Shown: positions 7,570 to 15,376 of the stretch, piece after piece
How positions within the stretch are numbered: the first letter of the stretch is position 1
How the letters are laid out: every line of letters begins with the position of its first letter
NCBI GenBank assembly: GCA_048938295.1
Contig: JBHLMI010000003.1
Span: 30,001 to 62,000 of the forward strand
DNA: 32,000 bases
Direction: 5' to 3'
From: Promethearchaeota archaeon
GTDB lineage: Archaea; Asgardarchaeota; Hermodarchaeia; Hermodarchaeales; Hermodarchaeaceae
Program-made: the position numbers and the translations under genes
The notes under the pieces: model-generated
The model's database searches: none
The model's input: the letters and a program-made list of their open reading frames with translations, nothing else
What the model was told of the DNA's origin: nothing

Positions 7570-8205
7570 CTAATTCCGGACGGGGAAAAGTAAACGTCCG
7601 ATGAAACCTCCGATCATCATTGTTACCACCAAGATGATGAAATTGAGCACTGCTGGGAGAACAATTATGTTCACCAAAATCGATTGCAGGAGCACAAGTA
7701 GATTGCTGGGATCAGGTATACCGCCTCCGATTAAGTCTCCAACTCCTCCAGTAATGGCGTTGATGATGGGACCAATTACTGGAGCATCTAGAACATCAAA
7801 TAACGATGTGTTAGGGGGAATATTCGACAGCATCGCCAGAGGGTCGATACCTCCACCTCCTGCAAGGAGAAGCGGAACAATCATGGCAATGAGGCCAACG
7901 ATTAGCATCAGAAAGGTCAAGGTGAAGATGACCATTGCTACTGGAATAGCACCCCAAATACTGCGAACGAACAGCCCGGTGATGAATCCGATTGCTGCCC
8001 AAATGCCAATGATTGGAAGAAAAGTCATAGGCGAGGCAAAGATGAGGAATAGATACATGAGAAAGAATCGCAGCCACGGTCCGAAGTAGGGCGCAAGCCA
8101 TAAGATGATGCTATTGTACTCAGTGGGAATCATAAAGAATGCAATGGTAATGGTGAGGAGAAAGCCAAGAGAAAGCCCGATAAGTTTTCGTCCCATAAGT
8201 CTCAT
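7570..8205 (-). CDS. Multi-pass membrane protein, probably co-transcribed with the downstream surface protein
   Basis: About five hydrophobic helices; 22-bp gap to the next gene on the same strand. Confidence 0.75.
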   Translation of the reverse strand: MRLMGRKLIGLSLGFLLTITIAFFMIPTEYNSIILWLAPYFGPWLRFFLMYLFLIFASPMTFLPIIGIWAAIGFITGLFVRSIWGAIPVAMVIFTLTFLMLIVGLIAMIVPLLLAGGGGIDPLAMLSNIPPNTSLFDVLDAPVIGPIINAITGGVGDLIGGGIPDPSNLLVLLQSILVNIIVLPAVLNFIILVVTMMIGGFIGRLLFPVRN

Positions 8206-8331
8206 TCCTTACAAGTTAATGGTTACGTTTGTCTCTCCAAAACCACACCTTTAAGGTTTCTTGCCGACAAAAAGCCTCAGAGAATCTTATATGTTAATCT
8301 CAAGAAAATCATGTGACAGATTGCAGAGAAG

Positions 8332-8403
8332 TTATTTCCTTTGCTTCTTTCGGCGTCTTCGTCGAATCTTGCGAGCACGTTTCTTTTTCCATTTGTTTCG
8401 CAT
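8332..8403 (-). CDS. rpl41e: Ribosomal protein L41e (eL41/eS32), 23 aa
   Basis: Hand translation gives MRNKWKKKRARKIRRRRRKKQRK*, matching the eL41 pattern MRxKWxKKRxRRxxRxRRK. It is absent from the ORF track because of its length. Confidence 0.9.
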   Translation of the reverse strand: MRNKWKKKRARKIRRRRRKKQRK

Positions 8404-8834
8404 GACGCGCCCATCCACTATCCAGTATATGCCATTCATTTTGGGTGTATAATCATAAAAATAGTGTTAACTAGGCTCTTCTTTCTCGTTGAGTGGAGCC
8501 TTCATAAGGGCTTGAAATGACTCCCAAAGGTGCCTGACATACTGGGTAATTGTATGAGTAGGACATGTTGAACTAGAAACATAACGATCAAGCGTATTGC
8601 TAGCAGTCCAAATTCACCGAATAGTAAAAGAATCGTGAACTCGATCTGGCTGATAGGACCTGCAAAGAACTACGTTGCCGAGAAACTAACAAAATTTATG
8701 AGAAAGAGTCCAAAAGTCGATATGAAGCTTAGAAGCATTTGGATACTTCAAACGTAGAGAAACCTCTGACCGCTTCTGGAGCTTCTAGACATGGGAGCTT
8801 CTTGGGTTTAATCATTGTTGTAATGTTTTTGAAC

Positions 8835-11504
8835 TTAGCGTGTACTTTGAATGAAAGGACGAGTTTTTTTCTGTTCTTGTTCCCATTTCTTTCGTTCAGA
8901 ACGAAGCTTGAAGAGATCAATTTCTTTGTAGATGATCCCTTCCTGTCCTTTGGGCATTGTTCGTTCTTCCCGGTCTTTTTCCGGAGAATAAATGAGGGAA
9001 TCTCCAAATTCAGCGACGTTAATGAAGAAGCTGTAAGCATAGATCGACCGTCGGGCGTCGAAGTGGATGGCTTTGAAATCTGCGGTGACGGGGGTAAATG
9101 CAGGATTGATAATAATATCAATGGCTGGCTCGAAGTTCTTAAGCTCAACACGAAGATCCATGTCCAAAAAGTCACGGCAGATGATGACAGCTATACGCCC
9201 GTACTCTGTGTTAGCAATCGTAATTTGAGCAGCAGACGGGCTTGTGGTGATACCTTCGATGATACGGTGTTTCTGGTAATGGATGATGGCTGGGATATGT
9301 TTGGCTTGCTCCCAGAGTATACCTTCACGGGAAATGATTGTGCTAACGTTCTGTCGTGTATCGGTTTTATGGTATGAACCAGGAATAATATACATGTTAT
9401 GGGTTTTTGCGAGTGAGATCACTTCATCGAATAAAACTTTCGAGTTGAGGTCTATTGTCAATTCGGGGAACGCGAGAATCTTAATCTTGTCTTTTGCGGC
9501 AGCTTCAATCATTCTACGGACCGTTGATTGGATTTCTTTGATTTTGTTTTGGCGAATCCTAAATAGACCAGACCCATCTTCTTGGTAGTATTCGTGGAGA
9601 ATATCGCCCGATTGTGATAGCCCGATTTGGGCAATACCGACTTTGAACTGTGTTTTTTCATGATCTTGCTGGTCTTTCAATAAATCCAGATACACTAGAT
9701 TATATTTCTGTATAGGGGCTGAATCTATCGTAGTCCTTTGGTCAACGATATTTGTAACCGTTTCTTTAATCATCCGCTCAAGAAGTGCATCAAGCTTAGT
9801 TAGTTCAATCAGTTCTTGTCTAGAAGGTGCATCCTTCACAATGAGATCCCATTTTTTCATGTGCGAATCGAGGAGTTTCCTTTCGTTGGAGAGAACCTTT
9901 TCAAGTCTTTTTAATTTCATTTCCTCTGCAATCGCTTGAGCTTGGGTTAGTAGTTTGTTTGCTCGGCCCATATCCATTTCAACTAGGGCAAGTTTGGATT
10001 GCAGGAGATAAGCTTCTGCGAGTAAGTATGGAGAAGATTGAAGCTTGGCGATTTCAAGTAGTTGCTTTGTTAGCTGTGAGATATCACCGATGAGTTCATC
10101 TTCGCCAGTTAGTCTCAATTCTGTTAAAAGGAGGTCACAAAGATGGATCATTGCAGTCTCTTTCAATGAATGATCGACTACTTCTTCAGTGACAACTTCT
10201 TCGAGAATTTCACTTGCCTTTAGTTTTTGGCGTGTGCGCTTACTGGTTTTGAGGATGAGTGCTTTTGCAACACGATAACGTTGATCGATAACACGATTAT
10301 GTCTGCGAGCATTGATCGCACCTAGTTGCGCCAGAGAGTGTTCTATGAGGGCTGAATCTTGTATTTCGATGCCTACTCTAACCAATTCAAATAACACAAC
10401 GCTGGCTAAAAAGTCGTTACCGAATTCGTTGGAGAGAGCTAAACTTTTTTCGTAGCAGTCTTGCGCTCTCTGGTATTCTGCTTTCTTCTGATAAACACTG
10501 CCAATATTGGCTTGTAATAGTGCAATTTGGTCCTTTAACTCCAATTCCTCGTAGATTTTTAGGCTTCTCTGATAGTATTTGAGAGCTTCCTCGAAATCTC
10601 CTTTGAGTTCGTAGATGTCACCGATATTATTAACAGCTAATGCGATATCGGTCTGGATATTGAGCTCTTCGCCCAGCACTAGGCTTCGGTGGTAGTAGTC
10701 TTGGGCCTGGTTGAGATCGCCTTTGAATTGGAATATCACCCCTAGGTTCAGTAGAGACAGGGCGATATCATGCTTATTCCCAAGTTCTTCTTTGATTTTA
10801 AGACTCCGTTGGTGGTAGACTAGGGCCTTATCAAGTTCACCGATTCGAATGTAACAATTTCCCAGATTCGTTAAGGTCACACCGATGTTTCGTCGATCTA
10901 CCAACTCCTCATTGACCTTTAAAGCTCGATGATAGAATGCGAGTGCTTGATCTATGTCCCCTTTTGACCAGTAGACTAGCCCTAGATTATTGAAGCTACG
11001 GGCAACACCTCTCTTATCATTCAGCTTTTGTTTGATTTCGAGACTTCTCAGGTGGTAATTTAATGCTGTATCGAATTTTCCCTTATACCAGTATGCAATT
11101 CCCGCTTGGTTAAGTAACGCCGCTTTACGCTGATTTATTTCAGTTTCTTGTTTCGAATCAATTTCCTTGAGGAGGTCTAACCCCTTTTGAGCAGTTTCCA
11201 AAGCCTTTGTCATTTCAGCTGAGCGCCAGTAAAGTTCAGCCTGTACAACCATCGCATCAATCGTCAGCAAGGGATCAATCTGAGGAGATTGGGACTGCAA
11301 AAGGTCAAACACCATCCTTTGAGCCTTCTCCACTTCATCAAGACTAAGTAAGAGTTGGCTTTCTAGAAGTTTATATGAAAATTGAATCTCAGGAGTCAAT
11401 TCTTCGAAGGCCAGACTCCTTAGTTTTGTAAGGGCTTGTTCATATTCGCCCTCATCTTTCAATTGAGCGATTATTGCAAGTTTAGTCTGAATAACTTTAG
11501 CCAA
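8835..11504 (-). CDS. TPR-repeat protein fused to a C-terminal carbon-nitrogen hydrolase (nitrilase-fold) domain
   Basis: About six 40-aa TPR repeats (NNLGLVYWSKGDIDQALAFYHRAL type). The C-terminal domain has KVGIAQ, LAFPEL (E), QAKH (K) and IICRDF (C). Confidence 0.85.
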   Translation of the reverse strand: MAKVIQTKLAIIAQLKDEGEYEQALTKLRSLAFEELTPEIQFSYKLLESQLLLSLDEVEKAQRMVFDLLQSQSPQIDPLLTIDAMVVQAELYWRSAEMTKALETAQKGLDLLKEIDSKQETEINQRKAALLNQAGIAYWYKGKFDTALNYHLRSLEIKQKLNDKRGVARSFNNLGLVYWSKGDIDQALAFYHRALKVNEELVDRRNIGVTLTNLGNCYIRIGELDKALVYHQRSLKIKEELGNKHDIALSLLNLGVIFQFKGDLNQAQDYYHRSLVLGEELNIQTDIALAVNNIGDIYELKGDFEEALKYYQRSLKIYEELELKDQIALLQANIGSVYQKKAEYQRAQDCYEKSLALSNEFGNDFLASVVLFELVRVGIEIQDSALIEHSLAQLGAINARRHNRVIDQRYRVAKALILKTSKRTRQKLKASEILEEVVTEEVVDHSLKETAMIHLCDLLLTELRLTGEDELIGDISQLTKQLLEIAKLQSSPYLLAEAYLLQSKLALVEMDMGRANKLLTQAQAIAEEMKLKRLEKVLSNERKLLDSHMKKWDLIVKDAPSRQELIELTKLDALLERMIKETVTNIVDQRTTIDSAPIQKYNLVYLDLLKDQQDHEKTQFKVGIAQIGLSQSGDILHEYYQEDGSGLFRIRQNKIKEIQSTVRRMIEAAAKDKIKILAFPELTIDLNSKVLFDEVISLAKTHNMYIIPGSYHKTDTRQNVSTIISREGILWEQAKHIPAIIHYQKHRIIEGITTSPSAAQITIANTEYGRIAVIICRDFLDMDLRVELKNFEPAIDIIINPAFTPVTADFKAIHFDARRSIYAYSFFINVAEFGDSLIYSPEKDREERTMPKGQEGIIYKEIDLFKLRSERKKWEQEQKKTRPFIQSTR

Positions 11505-11665
11505 GATAAAAGCCTCATGAAAGGCGAACTAGTTCTTTCTATTCATAATGAATCCATTTTAAGACTCCGATTGAAATAGGTGTCACTGTTGTAGCTATTG
11601 TTATCTTCTTTAAATAGAAGAAATAAAACTAGATAAAAGGAAAAGAGAGAAACTGTGGTGGAATT

Positions 11666-12502
11666 TTGTTTCACAGATCCATCTCATTACGAAAACTTGT
11701 TTTATCCACTGTATTATTCTTAGTCCTTTCCACTCTCTTTCCTATCACAGTATCTGCAGTACAATTTTGGAGTGAATATTTTGAGGTTGATAATATAGAT
11801 TCCTTGGACGATTGGATTCTTCAGGGATACGAACTAGTTGATGATATATATTCTGAAGTCGATCATGGATTCATTATTGAGAATGGAACGCTGACTGCTG
11901 AAGATGTCTATTACTACTGGCCTAATGTTGGATACCACGGAGACCTGACCCATGTAAGAAGAGCGATTCATAATAGTACCGTGGCATATGGTACTTGGAG
12001 TTTTGATTGGCATGTATCCAGTAGTAATGTTTCCTTCGATTCTGTTAATTTTATATTTACAGATTTAGAAAGCAATTACAATTTATCTGGAGTATCTCAG
12101 GTTCCTAATATGGATGGTTATGCATTAATTTTAGACTCATTTGTTAATGGTGAAATCTACTTTGAGTTATTCCAAGGATTGGAGCGTTACATATTAGCTA
12201 GACACCCTATCATCACTAGACCTAATGAGGTATTTCATTTTGACATCATACGAGATTTATCAGGACAGTTTCAAATCAATCTCAATTCAGAATTAGTTAT
12301 CGAGATAGCGGATGATAGAGTCACTACATCGGAAACATTCAGTTTTGTTTCTTTTCAAGGGAATTCCTCGATCGATAATATTGTTGTTAGTTATAGCATT
12401 GAGGGCGCTCTATCTGACCAGACCCTTAAGATAGTAGCAATCAGTATTGGCATTAGCTTAGTAGTCATTGCTATTGTCATTCTCTTGAAGCGAAAAACTT
12501 GA
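11666..12502 (+). CDS. Secreted, C-terminally membrane-anchored beta-rich protein (possibly a concanavalin-like fold)
   Basis: N-terminal signal peptide, beta-strand-rich aromatic core with NxS/T sequons, C-terminal TM plus KRKT. The fold is inferred. Confidence 0.7.
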   Translation: MFHRSISLRKLVLSTVLFLVLSTLFPITVSAVQFWSEYFEVDNIDSLDDWILQGYELVDDIYSEVDHGFIIENGTLTAEDVYYYWPNVGYHGDLTHVRRAIHNSTVAYGTWSFDWHVSSSNVSFDSVNFIFTDLESNYNLSGVSQVPNMDGYALILDSFVNGEIYFELFQGLERYILARHPIITRPNEVFHFDIIRDLSGQFQINLNSELVIEIADDRVTTSETFSFVSFQGNSSIDNIVVSYSIEGALSDQTLKIVAISIGISLVVIAIVILLKRKT

Positions 12503-12673
12503 TCTAAGTTGGGAAAAAAATGAAATGACCTAGTTCTGATATCTCATACAATGAACGAAACTTTGGTGTTATGAATGGCAGATATTTGAATTTGGACAGT
12601 AAATGAAACAGAATTGGAATAATACCTGAAATTCGCCACACATTTTAACAATAGGCACCTTTTTCATAACTAT

Positions 12674-13486
12674 ATGGATTCTGTAGCTCTAGTTAATTTC
12701 ACTCAAGACTTTTTAAAAACACTAGAACAGGGACTTAAGCAGATCCAGGGATTTGGTTCGCTTGCTTCCCCTGTGATTATAAAACCCAACATCTGTACTA
12801 TTAATGATAACACTGGCTATTCAGTAACCCATACCCTAGTAGTTGAGGCAATTGTAGACTTGCTTTTCCACCACAATTCTAACCTGTCGGTTAAAATCGT
12901 TGAATCTGATTCACAAAGCAAATGGGCTAATGAGGCGTTCACTAAATTCGGATATACTGATCTTGTAGAAAGATTCCAAAATAGGAAATATGATATCGAA
13001 TTGGTTAACCTCAGTGATTGTAAAACGGAAGAATTTCACTTCCAAGGCGAGTACTTTACCAACCCAGAATTGGCAGATATGTTAAAGAAAATTGGATATA
13101 TTATTTCAATAGCACAGGCAAAAACCCATTACTTAACCTCGATTACGGGAGTTTTGAAGAACCTCTTTGGTTTCCTCCCACAGAAAAAGCAGGGATTCTA
13201 TCACCCGAATGTCAACGAAGTTATCGTCGATTTGAACCGGTTGTTTCCCATCAATCTAAGTATCATTGATGCGCGAGTAGGTGTTCATGGTTGGAACGGT
13301 CCCAAGACAACACCGTTAGGTAAGTTCATTCTGGGTCACAAACCTGTATCAGTTGATGCGATACTAGCCCAACTAATGAACCTAGAACCGAACCAAATAC
13401 AACATCTAGTCCAAAGTCAAAAATATGGTCTAGGTACAATAAACCCAAAGGTAATTTATGATTCTGAGATGAATTCTTATGGTTGA
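12674..13486 (+). CDS. DUF362-family protein
   Basis: VIIKPN, IVESD, AKTH...ITGVLKNLFG and IIDARVG motifs. Confidence 0.8.
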   Translation: MDSVALVNFTQDFLKTLEQGLKQIQGFGSLASPVIIKPNICTINDNTGYSVTHTLVVEAIVDLLFHHNSNLSVKIVESDSQSKWANEAFTKFGYTDLVERFQNRKYDIELVNLSDCKTEEFHFQGEYFTNPELADMLKKIGYIISIAQAKTHYLTSITGVLKNLFGFLPQKKQGFYHPNVNEVIVDLNRLFPINLSIIDARVGVHGWNGPKTTPLGKFILGHKPVSVDAILAQLMNLEPNQIQHLVQSQKYGLGTINPKVIYDSEMNSYG

Positions 13487-13958
13487 AATAAGTAGGCAGA
13501 CGATGTTTACTGACCTTGAGTTGTATCTTTGGAGATTCCGCTATTTGCCTAGCGAGGAATGGCGTCCAGAAATCATGTTGAGAGGTTCACCCAAAGCACT
13601 TATCGTTATGCGGGATGCGATTCGGTTGATGCAGGAAGAGTTCAAGGTGCATGGTAAGAGCACTCGCAAGTTTTTATGTAACCCTCCTGAGGATGTTGAT
13701 GTACACCGTTATGCCAAGCTTCGAGATGCAGAAATTGAATGGCTCATCTGGTTAGTCCTGAGATTGCAAAAAGAGCCACCACTATTTGCTGAGTATGAAA
13801 TTAACAACAAGGCCGTAACTATAACTCTGAACGAAAAGACAGTAGCACAGTTACTTAAAATTATTGAGAATGAACTTGATCCCGGAAAGGAATTCCCCAA
13901 TGGCCAGCATGCGCCTGGAGGTCTGTTATTCGCTCCTGATTGGCTTGGAGTTGAATAA
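13479..13958 (+). CDS. Hypothetical protein (159 aa), overlapping the DUF362 stop codon
   Basis: Protein-like ORF with an 8-nt overlap, suggesting translational coupling. No family recognised. Confidence 0.65.
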   Translation: MVEISRQTMFTDLELYLWRFRYLPSEEWRPEIMLRGSPKALIVMRDAIRLMQEEFKVHGKSTRKFLCNPPEDVDVHRYAKLRDAEIEWLIWLVLRLQKEPPLFAEYEINNKAVTITLNEKTVAQLLKIIENELDPGKEFPNGQHAPGGLLFAPDWLGVE

Positions 13959-13981
13959 AAAAGTAAGGGACGAGAAGGCTG

Positions 13982-14059
13982 TTACCAGTCCTCCTCGTCG
14001 TCGTATTCTTCATCCCAATCTTCTTCGTCGTCTTCAGGACCAATCACATATGGGAGCAT
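13982..14059 (-). CDS. Acidic micropeptide MLPYVIGPEDDEEDWDEEYDDEEDW (25 aa)
   Basis: AGGTGA RBS 8 nt upstream of the ATG, in-frame stop shortly upstream, T6 tract about 20 nt after the stop. Not in the ORF track. Confidence 0.6.
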   Translation of the reverse strand: MLPYVIGPEDDEEDWDEEYDDEEDW

Positions 14060-14100
14060 TTTTTCTTTCACCTTTGAGGTTTCAGATTGCTTTGTTTACA

Positions 14101-14114
14101 GTTGAGTGCTCAAC
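14101..14114. promoter_or_regulatory. Palindrome GTTGAG-TG-CTCAAC upstream of the micropeptide gene
   Basis: Perfect 6-bp arms in non-coding DNA, about 40 nt upstream of the ATG at 14059. Confidence 0.35.
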
Positions 14115-14419
14115 CTTTATCCAAAGAACAGAAATGGTGGAACATCCCTGATCTTTGAGCAAGGATTGAGGCAAAGGAGCTGGACCCACCCAGAACAAGG
14201 GTTATTTCTTTCCCTTTTTCCAGGCGGGTATAGTTGCCGTTAAGTAGAGTTGCAAATGTAAGTTATTCAGTGAGAAAAACCTGATTTTAAAGGATTATTT
14301 TTTAAAAAGAAGTGCAAATTAAGCCTCTTTTATTGTAGATATGCATAATTTTACATTTTAAGTCGAATCAAGCACTAATTCCTTGTATAAGTACGAAAAA
14401 AGGCAAAAAATGACGGAAT

Positions 14420-15286
14420 TTAGGTGTCACATATATGTAACCTATTTCGGACTCGGGTCACCGCTGATGCCACTCGATTTACAAATGGAGTAAGATCTAT
14501 TCCAAATTCATTATTGAAGAACTGGGCCTGTTTTCTCAATAGGCGAAGCTGAGTACGTAACCGTTGAAACGACTTTTTGAATTGTGTTGATATACAGGCG
14601 TCATTGTTGATCGATTTCAGTTCCTGAAAAAGAGCACGACAACCATTAATAATCCGTTTTGCACGATTCTCAAACTGTGATTGCACTAGTTGAGAAATTA
14701 ATCGGTGAGTATCAGAACCTATTAATTCAAGACGAGGAGCGTACTCAACCGACTCACTGAGGTCCACGAGCCGGGAAAGGAACTCGCTTGGGCGAAACAG
14801 AGCTGGGACATATTGACGAACCCGCTTTGTTCGAATCTGTGGTAGCAGGACGATTCCCGGTTTTATTCGAATCAATGGCGTGCGATGGAAAAGACGTGAA
14901 AGCTTTCTTCGCTGGAACTCATGCTTCACAGGGTCATAGACTACAAGTATGTATCTCCTTAGTTTCTCCTTCGTTACAGTGACTTCTGTTCTCTTTGTTT
15001 TCGTGATATCACGCCTTGGGATGAATATCAACACATCAGAAGAACCCCGTACAGGAGTGAAACGTGTTGCATTATTTGACCTAATTCGTGCATACACTTT
15101 GGGGCGTAACTGAATAATTCCAGGTTGATTCTGAAAGGCAGCTACGCTATTTTTCAGCAGGATGAAGATTCGAGAATAGCCTTTGAGCTGTTGAGCAGCA
15201 GTTGCCCCTTGCTCCGCTAGACGCTCAGAAGTGGAGTAAATCACACCATCCTTAGGGACTGATGTCATCTTCTTGAAAAGGGACAA
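14420..15286 (-). CDS. PaaX-central/Cas2-like (ChrB N-terminal-like) domain protein, basic, with a helical C-terminus
   Basis: RYILVVYDP...QRRKLSRLF...IRIKPGIVLLP resembles the Cas2/PaaX ferredoxin-like pattern, followed by a long amphipathic helical region. Confidence 0.55.
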   Translation of the reverse strand: MSLFKKMTSVPKDGVIYSTSERLAEQGATAAQQLKGYSRIFILLKNSVAAFQNQPGIIQLRPKVYARIRSNNATRFTPVRGSSDVLIFIPRRDITKTKRTEVTVTKEKLRRYILVVYDPVKHEFQRRKLSRLFHRTPLIRIKPGIVLLPQIRTKRVRQYVPALFRPSEFLSRLVDLSESVEYAPRLELIGSDTHRLISQLVQSQFENRAKRIINGCRALFQELKSINNDACISTQFKKSFQRLRTQLRLLRKQAQFFNNEFGIDLTPFVNRVASAVTRVRNRLHICDT

Positions 15287-15376
15287 ACTATTGTTACTTT
15301 TGTCCCCACCGCTGCTGCTATATTACCTTTTCTAAATTGGTTGGTGGACGAACATCATATAGGGTTTTCTGGAAGT

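Noticed and set aside
8261-8452. 63-aa plus-strand ORF
   Set aside because: Antisense shadow of the eL41 gene.
8729-9588. ORFs 8739..9377 (+), 8729..9175 (-) and 9283..9588 (+)
   Set aside because: Antisense or alternate-frame shadows of the nitrilase domain of the 889-aa gene.
10440-11130. Periodic DNA similarity as a possible CRISPR or tandem repeat
   Set aside because: The 120-bp periodicity is explained by the 40-aa TPR repeats; there are no identical repeats with unique spacers.
13861-14151. ORFs 13861..14043 (-) and 13864..14151 (+)
   Set aside because: Wrong-frame and antisense readings of the acidic micropeptide; neither has an RBS, and both overlap the 13479 gene.
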